This document shows, in pieces, positions 9,401 through 17,855 of a stretch of DNA of 64,000 bases (position 1 is its first letter; each line of letters begins with the position of its first letter). This DNA is from Candidatus Moraniibacteriota bacterium. Lineage in GTDB: Bacteria; Patescibacteriota; Minisyncoccia; Moranbacterales; DUUL01. The notes under the pieces were generated by a model. That model worked only from the letters and a program-made list of their open reading frames with translations. It was not told where the DNA came from and searched no databases. The stretch is taken from positions 461 to 64,460 of the forward strand of contig JBFHFF010000006.1 in NCBI GenBank assembly GCA_041583775.1, read 5' to 3'. The translations under genes were made by a program, and so were the position numbers.

Positions 9401-10831
9401 AGTACGGATAGAATCGGTATAGGGACTTCAACTCCAGATAGAGCAAAATTAGTAGTTGAGGGTTCAGTTACCTATGATAATGGAGTCTATGGATTTCTTG
9501 ATTCCTCTGGAACAGTAAACACTTCAAGTGGTGCAGTGAACACCTCTATCTACGCTTCCAACAGGATTGTTGCCTCAGAATTCGATGCTGTTTCTGATAG
9601 ACGAGTAAAAATAGATATAAATCACATCTCAAATGCTTTGGATTTGGTTGAAAATTTGGATGTAGTTGCTTATAACAAGCTCACAAAAGATAGCCCTTCT
9701 GCAATGGGTGAAATGGGGTTGATTGCACAGGATTTAGTTGATGTGTTTCCGCTTGCAGTTCGTGTTAGTCAAGGTCAGGTCCCTGGTATAAACGGGGAAT
9801 GGAAAAATGTTAATGATTTTCATTCCGTAAACTATCAAACAGTTACTATGTTGGGAATTCAGGCCATCCAAGAACTGGCTTCAACAGTGAAGAATCGAGA
9901 AGAGATGATATTGAAAAATGTTGACAAAGTAACAACACTAGACCTTCGAACGCAAAATATCGTTTTAGCAGAAAAAGGAAAAACTATTTTTAAAGGAATG
10001 GTAGTTGCCGATGTTTTGAAAGCTAATCGAATTGAAGGTCTTGAATTTATCACTAAAGACATAGCCGATACGGATATGAATTTAGCAAAGACCGCAGAAG
10101 AACTAGAAACACTTGCGCTTCAAGTGGAGAGCCTCAATCAGGACTTTTCGAAAATGACATCATCTTTTAGTGTGAAAAATTTGGAAGTAATGAGCTTGGC
10201 TAAACTAAAAGAATTAGAAGTGAATGATGCTGTGACTTTCAAGGGTAAGGCCGAATTTCAAGGACCAGTTGTTTTCAGAAAGATTGCTGAGTTTATTGAT
10301 AAAACAGTATTTAGAAATGATGTTGAATTTGCTGGTAGAGTTGAAAATAAAGGCACAGTTACATTTAATAGTGATACCGCTGGTTATGCTGTGATAAAAT
10401 CTGGCAAGAATAAAGTTGATGTTGTTTTTAAAAATGAATATACCACAACTCCAATCATTACGGCAACATTGCGTTCTGCAGTGAAGCTAGACTGGTATCG
10501 TGTGACAGATGAATCAACTAAAGGCTTTACAATTGAAATTGACCCAGAAAAAGAAAAAGATATCAAGTTTGCTTGGACAGCGGTAATGGTTAGTGATGCC
10601 GAAGAAACAAAAAGCGAAGAATCGAAAGGTGATAGTGATGATGATATCGATGTAGGTAGCAATATAGAGGAAAATAACTCATTTGAAGATAATATTCCAG
10701 AAACTAAACCCAATATTATTGATGGAGATGAAGAATTCAATCAAGTTGATGAAGATGAAAGCGCAATGGACAGCCAAATAGAAGTTGAAAAAATCATTGC
10801 CCCAGTTGATATTGAAAAGGAGATAAATTAA
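3455..10831 (+). CDS. Giant repetitive surface fibre protein (about 2460 aa) with C-terminal phage-tail-fibre-type intramolecular chaperone domain (peptidase S74-like)
   Basis: N-terminal TM/signal; at least 13 copies of the G(N/R)VGIGTTSPxxKL motif; SDRRVKIDI...GLIAQDL...P motif characteristic of the endosialidase/tail-spike CIMCD; acidic tail; ATG 3455 preferred to GTG 3437; TTGTATAAT at 3364-3372. Confidence 0.8.
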   Translation: MGSKSKNNNKIKSRNNRIIFSVILAISLISFGLFLSWQTIAAAGSFSLKDILSDGKRVLDGIWIDKKITYIVDSQIDSGKKSQKEEGLYSENFVLPTPIPKDGDYVLSTDGNGGLKWSLTNTESSLSGNEIDGKIAHQTNELVLTEEGQFDIERGGDVFDGVFAKKGSLLIGNGSGYTSANLISSDSSIVFGNRFGSIDLTSSLGKKVDISGETNLRIDKELKLTGDFLSISSSIARDSELHNAITLNGPADYITLDGQNISRNLINLTSHITGILPIANGGTGTASGSPTFTGLTLEGNQVLNGAFSIRESGTSSAYYTTFVGADQAGNITYTLPTGAPAGNNYVLTAQTDGTMTWSSVSGTGGVSGIGSANQVAYWTDSNTITGENYLSISRGGTGTATLNDLISLGIHTSGSYISTITGNTQIVVGGVGAENAIATLALGTDSIGDAQLVFDTGQNLTVISNPTFSGLNLSNLTSGSVVFVGVDGLISQNNTDFFWDNINSRLGIGTVNPLVSLDIVGGIAGRNVSGSNNGAFIYDIDAGNARLTLYDSTGNGAFRFDSTGGSYALGDSFGIGDSSPDGKLEVRQTATADVLNLYDGSSNVFTVVDGGNVGIGNISPQQKLDVNGIILATGGSSTNWNTAYGWGNHASFGYLTSEVDPIFVASDAYGISATDISNWNSSYSGGISGSGTSGYLLKFTGTNSVSNSILQDSGIGEVRVVGNIMPEMTGATGNISIRNIGDEDNRFGHIWAEDVHIGANSLYVNGKKVISDVSSVMNFTTDIDQSMIVKSTGIGSLGLQSDQGTLFLNSNALISANGKGGISLLVSSDNPSMNLNLTNSSLNGNITFNGTGSNSQILASAVQKISLTAPSVELNGIVTAGTWRGTAIEDGYIASAATWNAMQSSLGFTPLDIAGSNTMTANLKLGNHTLIGGTSTIDILKLQGTSGNGTLTSPAIQMNVGDNGATNALTVLNNGNVGIGTTSPGAKLEVAGGTDGRLKIYGDSYQSNMRVATGGVYWTAGTIENETAFWQFSASGGINNLKTGSRDFQIYATDSNNPIAYFTTTGNVGIGTTTPSAKLSIKGAGTTTGINFQTTNSAGSPLVTMLDSGNVGIGTTTPAYALDVAGNVYFRQVVGQNQLVVGQASAQSGYRAFIKAGNLANIGLGIRGASGQTANLFQWENDSGTGLGGIDASGNVGIGTTSPTSPLHIEADNDPKAILVNNGGLRMNGGNSFFIFSNLASNSFDGISNVINNFNNYAGLLLRKTSTGTGDYFLVEDSATNSIFKIDTNGRVGIGTTSPGEKLEVDNGNIIANIGKVISAATNYRFTMDATNGGGPRLSLGNNSVPSSFFEIGAWSDRNNFDTKARDLQFYSTAAPIGFILKQDTGNVGIGTTSPGDKLTISGGSFAIRETDDGNDALRFDSGTQSGALRLYSNGTKTIEIHGYDTNPSYFNGGNVGIGTTSPQAKLDVSNLVTDNTDNSIGVRTSITANATSDNSGSVYGLIFSSNSGKDSYNRTGSLYGLQGFSYHNGTGTLGTAVGGKLGVRVNADSPGIINSVNGIEVSSGISSGKSGRILNNYDIRLNSPLLGTGGEIINDYGLYIGNRVGTGLNYSIYTGTAQSYFGGNVGIGTESPLSLLHLGGTPGSLASGLTFGDGDSGFYENSDDVLRLQLGGNLAIQMYYDFIKGSSSGAFSMRSLSGSALYPTYSFIGDENTGLFSNTADVLQFSTNGSEKMRIDTAGNIGIGTTSPTVALEIQGGTDPKIKIKGTRPYLSLETTQTGNTDWTFVGGYYSADSLSVRAGTANIMTFLNNGNIGIGTTSSSAKLSIKGTGTTTGINFQTTDSAGSPLVTMFDNGKVGVGTTSPLTTLDVVGNFQFRDAETPTKGVRYRFGSATDLEASGAPLYFSVWDDSNFLGFQRQKMVMFSGSNETHGLKKWVWKDYVGASINHIIDGSGGVVFNESGNDFDTRIEGDTDQNLLFIDASTDRIGIGTSTPDRAKLVVEGSVTYDNGVYGFLDSSGTVNTSSGAVNTSIYASNRIVASEFDAVSDRRVKIDINHISNALDLVENLDVVAYNKLTKDSPSAMGEMGLIAQDLVDVFPLAVRVSQGQVPGINGEWKNVNDFHSVNYQTVTMLGIQAIQELASTVKNREEMILKNVDKVTTLDLRTQNIVLAEKGKTIFKGMVVADVLKANRIEGLEFITKDIADTDMNLAKTAEELETLALQVESLNQDFSKMTSSFSVKNLEVMSLAKLKELEVNDAVTFKGKAEFQGPVVFRKIAEFIDKTVFRNDVEFAGRVENKGTVTFNSDTAGYAVIKSGKNKVDVVFKNEYTTTPIITATLRSAVKLDWYRVTDESTKGFTIEIDPEKEKDIKFAWTAVMVSDAEETKSEESKGDSDDDIDVGSNIEENNSFEDNIPETKPNIIDGDEEFNQVDEDESAMDSQIEVEKIIAPVDIEKEIN

Positions 10832-10868
10832 TAGAAAAATAAATACAACAAATAAAAACCAGTATTAT

Positions 10869-11639
10869 ATGGCAAAAAAAACAGTTAAAAAAGCTTCAAT
10901 AAAAGCTTCTGAAAAAAAGGTTGAGGCAATTGAAGAGGAAATAAAACCAGGTAGACTAATTGTTTATTTGCTAAGGTTTCTGATCGTCGCAACTATTTTA
11001 GGACTATCCGGAACCTCTTTTTATTATTATCAACAATATAGAAAAGTAAAAATCAGCCCAGAAATTTCAGTTCAGAGCGAAAAGAAACAGATTATTGACA
11101 AGATTTCTTCTTTTATGTTGCTCCCAGAAGAAGAGCCAACAATTGCCACCGTAAGTGATAAAGAGAAACTGAGCGAAAAAGATTTTTTCAAAAATTCTGA
11201 AAATGGTGACAAAATTCTAATTTATGCTGAATCAAAAAAAGCCATTCTCTACCGCCCATCTATAAATAAAATCATCGAAGTGGCACCACTACTTATGAAT
11301 CAAGAAGATATAGATGTTAAGGAAAAGGGGAAAGAAAAAACTGATAAGTCAACTTTTTCAGAGGAGGAATTGAATATTTCAATCAGAAACGGCACTAAAA
11401 AAGCTGGTTTAGCTGCTAGGACTGAAACCAAATTAGTTTCAGTTGAAGGAATAAGTGTCTATGAAAAAAGTAACACCGTTAGGGACGATTATAAGGAAAC
11501 CTTGATAATCGATATAACAAAGAAAAATGATAACTTGGTGGATGAAATTGCCACTGTGCTAGGAGGAGAAACTTCAACTCTCCCCGAAGATGAGTCTGTT
11601 TCTGATGATGTGGATGTTCTTGTTATTGTTGGGGAGTAA
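10869..11639 (+). CDS. Membrane-anchored protein with LytR_C-like C-terminal domain
   Basis: Single TM; the C-terminal segment (SIRNGTKKAGLAARTETKL...VDEIATVLG) resembles LytR_C. Confidence 0.4.
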   Translation: MAKKTVKKASIKASEKKVEAIEEEIKPGRLIVYLLRFLIVATILGLSGTSFYYYQQYRKVKISPEISVQSEKKQIIDKISSFMLLPEEEPTIATVSDKEKLSEKDFFKNSENGDKILIYAESKKAILYRPSINKIIEVAPLLMNQEDIDVKEKGKEKTDKSTFSEEELNISIRNGTKKAGLAARTETKLVSVEGISVYEKSNTVRDDYKETLIIDITKKNDNLVDEIATVLGGETSTLPEDESVSDDVDVLVIVGE

Positions 11640-11659
11640 ATCATAGTCTATAGCATATA

Positions 11660-12085
11660 ATGGAGAACAGAGAATTAAAAAAGGCACTCAAAGAAACATT
11701 CAAAACAATAAAAATTTCATTTCCCATAATCATCGGGGTGCTTTTGCTTATTAGTTTGGCGAATTCTTTATTTGCTGGACAATATGCAAAAATTTTTACG
11801 GGAAATTACTTCCTAGATCCCTTTGTAGGTGCGATTTTAGGAAGTGTGTCTTTTGGAATTCCCATCACCAGCTATGTGGCTGGTGGAGAACTGTTAAAAG
11901 AAGGTGTTAGCTTGCTTGCAGTCACAGCTTTTATTCTCTCCTGGACAACCGTTGGCGTGGCAATGTTGCCAATTGAAATTCGAGCTTTTGGAAAGAAATT
12001 TGCTTTATTACGAAATTCTTTGAATTTTATTTCCTCAATTGTCATTGCAGTTCTAACAATTGTTACGCTAAAAATTCTAAGTTAA
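11660..12085 (+). CDS. COG0701/DUF318-like permease, N-terminal half
   Basis: TM pattern and GA(I/L)...IP...AF(I/L)(I/L)S motif parallel the N-terminal half of the permease at 18769 but without the CSCS cysteines; ends at a TAA that is in frame with the next ORF. Confidence 0.45.
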   Translation: MENRELKKALKETFKTIKISFPIIIGVLLLISLANSLFAGQYAKIFTGNYFLDPFVGAILGSVSFGIPITSYVAGGELLKEGVSLLAVTAFILSWTTVGVAMLPIEIRAFGKKFALLRNSLNFISSIVIAVLTIVTLKILS

Positions 12086-12088
12086 AAA

Positions 12089-12604
12089 ATGGTTTTGAAT
12101 AAATTTAAAAAAGTTCCAGGTGGTTTGAAATTTCTGGCAGTAGTATTATCAATCTATGTTTTGACTGGGATAGTTGATTTTGATTTTGCAAAAATTGCTT
12201 TCTCTCGTTTTTTTGAAACATTTACTGGAATTTTCAAGATTTTATTGATAGTTTTTATTGTAATGTTTTTTGTTAACATTTTTGTTAAGCCAGAAACAAT
12301 CAGGAGGCATCTCGGAAAGGATTCTGGTGCCAAGGGTTGGTTCTATGCTATCATTGGTTCAATTCTGATTTCTGGTCCACCATATATCCTTTTCCCTTTT
12401 TTAGGTGAATTAAGAAAACACGGCGTGAAAGATTCTCTCCTGATTGTTTTTTTGAACAACCGAAATATTCAACCAGTTTTTCTGCCAGTGATGATTTTCT
12501 ATTTTGGAACTCCTTTTACAGTAATAATATCTATTTATATCATCCTTTTTTCTTTTGTAAACGGTTTGATAGTAGGAAAAATACTAGAAAGCAAAATAGA
12601 TTAG
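12089..12604 (+). CDS. COG0701/DUF318-like permease, C-terminal half
   Basis: Same reading frame as 11660-12085, separated only by TAA plus one codon; the TM pattern parallels the C-terminal half of the 18769 permease. Confidence 0.45.
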   Translation: MVLNKFKKVPGGLKFLAVVLSIYVLTGIVDFDFAKIAFSRFFETFTGIFKILLIVFIVMFFVNIFVKPETIRRHLGKDSGAKGWFYAIIGSILISGPPYILFPFLGELRKHGVKDSLLIVFLNNRNIQPVFLPVMIFYFGTPFTVIISIYIILFSFVNGLIVGKILESKID

Positions 12605-12787
12605 TTTACTGTTTTTGGTTCTATTGAATAAAAGTGAAAATAAATTATTTTTTCTTCGTATAAAATTAATGTGACCTAAAAAGGAGGAACAATAACCTCT
12701 CTTTATTAATTACTAATATCAATTTTCTAAAATATCATTATCTTGCTTCTGGATTTTTGATAATTTAGAAATGAGAAACAAAAACAA

Positions 12788-13231
12788 ATGTTTAAAAGAA
12801 TTGCTGTTTTAGTCTCAGTCTTTATTGCAATCATTGTTTTTTCTGGGTGTGAAAAGCAAGTGGAAAACTCGACTTCTCAGAATCTACAAACGCAGAATTC
12901 TGAAATGTCAGCTCAGGAGTCTGTTGGTGGGCAAAAAGGAGAAATGGGAGATCGGGTTGGTAATGGAAATGCTGGTAGAGGGGCGGGAATGAATTCTGCT
13001 GAAACCAAAGAAGCATGTGTTGATAAGTCGGAAGGGGATAGTTGTCAATTTATAGTCACCAACGAAACGGAAGGTGACACTGAAATTACCGGAATATGCA
13101 AACTTCCTGGACAAAGAGCGGATGTCGAGTCAATTGAAACTGAAGCAGAGCTTCTTTGTCGACCAGATAATGGTGATATGCCAAGCAGAGGTAATGGCCC
13201 AGCACCAACAGAGGTAAACATTACTGAATAA
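12788..13231 (+). CDS. Putative lipoprotein
   Basis: Signal peptide with FSGC lipobox-like cysteine; terminator at 13247-13275. Confidence 0.45.
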   Translation: MFKRIAVLVSVFIAIIVFSGCEKQVENSTSQNLQTQNSEMSAQESVGGQKGEMGDRVGNGNAGRGAGMNSAETKEACVDKSEGDSCQFIVTNETEGDTEITGICKLPGQRADVESIETEAELLCRPDNGDMPSRGNGPAPTEVNITE

Positions 13232-13490
13232 ATCAGAATAGAAAAATAGACCAGAGCAATCAGGTCTGTTTTTTTATATCTAGAAAGAAAATTCATTTTT
13301 GCAAACATTTTTAAATAGGGGCGTATATATATAATGTGATTTGTTAGAGAAGATCTCAGATAATTCAAGTTTCAATCTTTAGTTTAATTCTATTTTGTGC
13401 ACAAATAAGAATATTATAAAACACATCAACTTTGCATTATCGAGTTTAGAAATTTAACAAATTGATAATTTAAACATTTAAAAATGAAAA

Positions 13491-14012
13491 ATGAAGAAAG
13501 GTAATAAAATATTAATTCCAACAATTGCGCTTAGTATTTTCACAGTTGCAGGAGCAGTAGGAATCGGTAGTGCATTTGCAGACGATAGTCAGCATTCTTC
13601 TATCGCTCAGAAAATAGCAGATCGTTTTAGTTTGAATGTTGATGATGTTAATAAAGTTTTTGAGGAGCAACAAGCAGAACGCCAAGCTGAAATGAAACAA
13701 AAACAAGAAGACCAACTTAATTCACTAGTAAGTGAGGGAAAAATTACAGAAGAGCAAAAACAACTCCTAATTAATAAATTTGAGGAAAAGAGAGCGGAAA
13801 ATGAAAGTAATAAAGGAAATAAATCTCAAAACAAAGAAGAATTTAAGAATATGACACAGGAAGAAAGAAAGGCAGAACGAGCTCAGAGACAAGCGGAAAT
13901 GGATGCTTGGTTTGAGGCAAATGGAATAGATAAAGAATTATTTTCAAAAATGGGTGAAAACGGTCCACAAGGTCAGAGAGGTCCTCATGGAGGTAACAAT
14001 GGCAGAAAATAA
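13491..14012 (+). CDS. Secreted charged (Q/E/K-rich) hypothetical protein
   Basis: Signal peptide; terminator at 14062-14086. Confidence 0.45.
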   Translation: MKKGNKILIPTIALSIFTVAGAVGIGSAFADDSQHSSIAQKIADRFSLNVDDVNKVFEEQQAERQAEMKQKQEDQLNSLVSEGKITEEQKQLLINKFEEKRAENESNKGNKSQNKEEFKNMTQEERKAERAQRQAEMDAWFEANGIDKELFSKMGENGPQGQRGPHGGNNGRK

Positions 14013-14173
14013 ACTTAATCTAAAAGCAAAGGAATTGTAACACCCAAAGCTAAATCATCAAAAACACGCTATAAAAGCGTGTTTTTGTTGATTTTTTGAA
14101 AACAAAAATGTATTTTTGCGTATTTAATAAGTAAGCAGACAAAAGAACTGTAATAACCTTTTTGAATAAATAT

Positions 14174-14593
14174 ATGAAAAAAATAACTTTCTACATATTT
14201 TTAATATTGGGATTTGCGCTAACTGCAAAAAATGTTTTAGCGGATGGTTTTAATAATTCGCGATTGGGAGATTATCCGATGGGGGGATGTATAGCGGATA
14301 AGGCGGGTGATCAAAGTGGAATTTTCTTGAGAGGAGGTGATGGACATATGGGATATATGATGAGCGGCGGTAGTTATATATGGTTTGGTTGGATATTTGC
14401 ACTTATTTTTTGGGTGTTAATTATTGCTGGAATCGCTTGGGGTTTGAAATATTTCTTGGAAAAGAGGAGAGGCGAAGCGTCAAATGAAATTACTAAAAAA
14501 GAAGAATTACCACTGGAAATTCTAAAAACTAGATATGCTAAAGGGGAAATAGATAAAGTGGAATATGATAAAATAAAAAAAGACCTGGAATAA
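14174..14593 (+). CDS. Membrane protein with C-terminal SHOCT domain
   Basis: C-terminus LEILKTRYAKGEIDKVEYDKIKKDLE matches SHOCT; central TM helix; ATG 14174 preferred to TTG 14162. Confidence 0.55.
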   Translation: MKKITFYIFLILGFALTAKNVLADGFNNSRLGDYPMGGCIADKAGDQSGIFLRGGDGHMGYMMSGGSYIWFGWIFALIFWVLIIAGIAWGLKYFLEKRRGEASNEITKKEELPLEILKTRYAKGEIDKVEYDKIKKDLE

Positions 14594-14803
14594 CAGCGTC
14601 ATAGAAGGGATTAATCCAAATTAATTTCTCAGAAGCATTTTCTTTGTTTGAAATGAAAGGACTAGAAGTTTCAAGTTGACATAAAAAGTCACAGTCCTTT
14701 TGTGTTATAGAAATAAATGATAAACTTGATTTGAAAGTGAAAAATGTTGGAAATTTCTAAAGATTTCTAATGTTGTAGAGATTATTTATTTTGTGGTTTA
14801 TAA

Positions 14804-15115
14804 ATGTCAAAAGGACACAGAGCCGGAGGAAAAGTTTCAGGAAAACATACGACGGTGATTCCTGCTTCAGAAAAAATCGTCGATTTTTTAGAAAAGCAAA
14901 TTGAAATCAAAAAGATTTCGGTTGGTTTTATTAAACAGGGAATTAAAGGGGGGAATCATTCTATTAAAATAACAAAAACAGCTAGTGGGTTGCTTTTAAA
15001 AGTGCGTGGAACAGCTAGTATTCAGGATATTTGGGTGTATACGGATGATGTTGAAAATGTAGCAAAAACAATTAAAGATGAATTTGCTTTTCTTTTTGAT
15101 GTAGCAGTGCTATAA
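14804..15115 (+). CDS. Hypothetical small protein
   Basis: ORF only. Confidence 0.35.
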   Translation: MSKGHRAGGKVSGKHTTVIPASEKIVDFLEKQIEIKKISVGFIKQGIKGGNHSIKITKTASGLLLKVRGTASIQDIWVYTDDVENVAKTIKDEFAFLFDVAVL

Positions 15116-15186
15116 ATTGAGGACATTTTGTTTGGAGTCATTGACCTTTTATTGAAATACTTTTATAGTTAAGTTGTAATTAATTT

Positions 15187-16638
15187 ATGGTATCTGCTGC
15201 TCTAGGTAGATTTTTTTCTGATTTATTTTTTTTGAAACTCAAACAATTTTTTATTATTATAATATTTCTTCTAGTCCCATTTTTTGTAGATGCAAAGGAC
15301 TATGATTTTTATGTTGATGAATCAGCGAAGAGCGGTGGGGATGGGAGTGTTGGGAAACCGTTTAAACAAATAGAAAGCGCGATTAAAAAAGCAGAAAAAG
15401 CAGGAGGTTCTAATGAAATTTACATTTACAAAGGAGATTATGCTGGTGGTTTTACGATTGGAAAATCAATGTCGTTGATTGGCGAAGATGATGGCAAGGT
15501 TGTTATTGCCGGAACAGTTACTATGGCAGATAATTCTGAGATTAAAAACTTGACCGTGAAAGGTGGTTATGTTTCAGTTTCCGTACTTAAGAATGCGGAG
15601 GTTGAGATTGAGGATTGCATAATTCGTGATTTTACAAAAATAGGAGTAGACATTGCAGGAGGAGACGGGAAATTGACGATTCAAGGTTCGAAAATTAAAA
15701 ATGGTGATGGTAAGGCTGTGTATGCACAAAGAGGAAACCGCATCAAATTTATTAACAATGAAATATATGATAATGATGAAGAGGGTTTTGATCTTAGATC
15801 AGATTTAAAAGGTGTTATCAGTGGAAATTATATTCATAATAATGGAGAGAGTGGGATAGAAGTTATTGTTGGTAAAGCAAATTTGGAGATTTCTAATAAT
15901 ACAATCAAAAACAATAAGGCCAGTGCAATTGCTGCCCAATTCTACGAGGATATGGATGATTTTGGAGATATTGATGTAAAAAACAATAAATTAACAGATA
16001 ACTCCGAAAATGCCGTTGATTGTAAAAATACTCAAGGAGGTTCAATTCCTTCCGGATACTGGATTGATTCCATTAAGATGGAGGGGAATTCAACAACGGG
16101 TAATGGAGATGGAGTTTTTGGCAAGAGCTGTAAGATGAAAATAGAGGAACCAGTCAAAGAAATTGCTGTCAAAGAGAAAACTCTTATTGAAGAAGGTGTT
16201 GAGGAAAGTAATGATGAAGATTTAATTGAAGAAGGTGTTGAAAGCGAGGAAGAATTGATTATGCAAGAAGAGGCAGCCGAAAGAGAGACTAGGCAACAAG
16301 AAGTGAAATTGATTTTGGAGAAAAATGTTGGCAGCAGTGAACTTTCAAGGGGTAATATTAAAAAAGTCGAAGCTAGAGGTAAATTGAAAACTTTCTTTTT
16401 AGGTGTTAATCAGGATGAGTTTGAGACTGCTCAGTCTAATCTAAAAACACAAGAAATTGAGTTGCAAAAAGCAATAGAAATTTTAGGAGGTGATTATCAA
16501 AAAATGTCAGAAGGGGAGACTTTAAAAACTAAAACAAACGAGGAATTGAGTTGGGTTTCTGAGCAAAAGAGACAACTTGATATAAAAGGAAATACTTTTA
16601 GTTTGTGGGGCTGGATTAAGAAAATATTCCATTTTTAA
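15187..16638 (+). CDS. Secreted right-handed parallel beta-helix repeat protein with C-terminal coiled coil
   Basis: Repeated NNxIxNN / GNYIHNNGESGIEV pectate-lyase-like turns; signal-like N-terminus; terminator at 16654-16674. Confidence 0.55.
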   Translation: MVSAALGRFFSDLFFLKLKQFFIIIIFLLVPFFVDAKDYDFYVDESAKSGGDGSVGKPFKQIESAIKKAEKAGGSNEIYIYKGDYAGGFTIGKSMSLIGEDDGKVVIAGTVTMADNSEIKNLTVKGGYVSVSVLKNAEVEIEDCIIRDFTKIGVDIAGGDGKLTIQGSKIKNGDGKAVYAQRGNRIKFINNEIYDNDEEGFDLRSDLKGVISGNYIHNNGESGIEVIVGKANLEISNNTIKNNKASAIAAQFYEDMDDFGDIDVKNNKLTDNSENAVDCKNTQGGSIPSGYWIDSIKMEGNSTTGNGDGVFGKSCKMKIEEPVKEIAVKEKTLIEEGVEESNDEDLIEEGVESEEELIMQEEAAERETRQQEVKLILEKNVGSSELSRGNIKKVEARGKLKTFFLGVNQDEFETAQSNLKTQEIELQKAIEILGGDYQKMSEGETLKTKTNEELSWVSEQKRQLDIKGNTFSLWGWIKKIFHF

Positions 16639-16714
16639 TATAGAAATATACAAAACGCCGAAAGGCGTTTTTTTATTTGCAAAATTTTCTCAGAGGTGTA
16701 AGATAAACATATAG

Positions 16715-16737
16715 GTAAACAAAGTAAACAGTAAACA
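16715..16737 (+). promoter_or_regulatory. Three direct GTAAACA repeats at the promoter/5'UTR of the lexA-like gene (candidate operator)
   Basis: GTAAACA at 16715, 16724 and 16731, lying 10-32 nt upstream of the ATG at 16747. Confidence 0.35.
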
Positions 16738-16746
16738 AAAAACAAA

Positions 16747-17409
16747 ATGGAACTTTTAAATCAAAAACAAGAAATATTTCTAGAAGCGTTAAAAGCATTT
16801 AATGCGAGAAAAGGAAGAATGCCATCGATTCGCGAGTTAAAAGAAGAAGTGAACTCTCTTGGACTTTCGTTAAGTAGTTCAAGGTCCATTACTCTTGGGT
16901 TGAAAGAGTTGGAGGACTTGGGATATATCAAAAGAACATCGAAGAGATACGGAATTGAAATTATTGAAAGACAAACGGAGTTTTTCTTAAACATTCCAAT
17001 TTTTGGAATGGCGAATTGCGGATCCCCTTGCATGGTAGCAGATAATCGTCCCGAGGGAATGTTAAGGGTTTCTAGGAATAGATTTTCAAGCACAAATGAG
17101 AATAAGAAAATATTTGCAATTCAGGCGGCTGGAAATTCTTTAAATTGTGCAAAGGTTAATGGAAATACAATCGAGAATTATGACTATCTCTTGATTGACC
17201 CAAATTATAATTCTTTTAAAGGTGACGGGAGCGAAATTGTACTTGCAATTATTGATGGGCTTGCGACTGTGAAAGTTTTGAAATATACGAGTGATGGAAA
17301 TGTCGTTTTGTCGCCAAAATCTACCGAAAAATTTCATGAACAAATTTATCTAACGAGAGATGATGATTTTGTAATCAATGGTCTTGTGGTGGAGGTTATG
17401 AAGTCCTAA
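16747..17409 (+). CDS. lexA: LexA-like repressor (wHTH plus S24 peptidase domain)
   Basis: N-terminal wHTH; C-terminal S24 domain with Ser in AGNSL (GDSM equivalent) and Lys in VKVLKY; the C-terminus aligns to LexA. Confidence 0.6.
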   Translation: MELLNQKQEIFLEALKAFNARKGRMPSIRELKEEVNSLGLSLSSSRSITLGLKELEDLGYIKRTSKRYGIEIIERQTEFFLNIPIFGMANCGSPCMVADNRPEGMLRVSRNRFSSTNENKKIFAIQAAGNSLNCAKVNGNTIENYDYLLIDPNYNSFKGDGSEIVLAIIDGLATVKVLKYTSDGNVVLSPKSTEKFHEQIYLTRDDDFVINGLVVEVMKS

Positions 17410-17537
17410 GAGATGGTAAACACTATCTTCCTTGTTGAGAAGGAGTCGGTGGATGGATAGAAAAAATTAGACTTTCGAATTGGCTTTTTCTCTCAAATAT
17501 GTGCTAAACTTTGAAAAATGATAAATAAAAATAAAAA

Positions 17538-17837
17538 ATGTTTTCTAAAATTTTTCTGATTGTTGGGGTTTTTGTTGTTCTGAACTTAACTGCTTTTTTG
17601 TTGATGTTGTTTGATAAAAACATTTCAAAAAAGAAGGGTGATAGAGTTAGAATTTCAGAAGGAATGTTGTTTTTTATGGCTACAATCTTTGGTAGTATCG
17701 GTGTATATTTGGGAATGTTTATTTTCAGGCACAAGACTCGCAGGTGGTATTTTATTTTTGGTATTCCACTTTTAATGTTGCAGAACATTTCTTTTTTATA
17801 TCTATTTTATAAGTTTCTTGTTTCTTTGGAGTTTTAA
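17538..17837 (+). CDS. DUF1294 membrane protein
   Basis: RISEGMLFFMATIFGSIGVYLGMFIFRHKTRRWYF matches the DUF1294 signature. Confidence 0.55.
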   Translation: MFSKIFLIVGVFVVLNLTAFLLMLFDKNISKKKGDRVRISEGMLFFMATIFGSIGVYLGMFIFRHKTRRWYFIFGIPLLMLQNISFLYLFYKFLVSLEF

Positions 17838-17855
17838 ATTTTAATTTTAAAAAAG

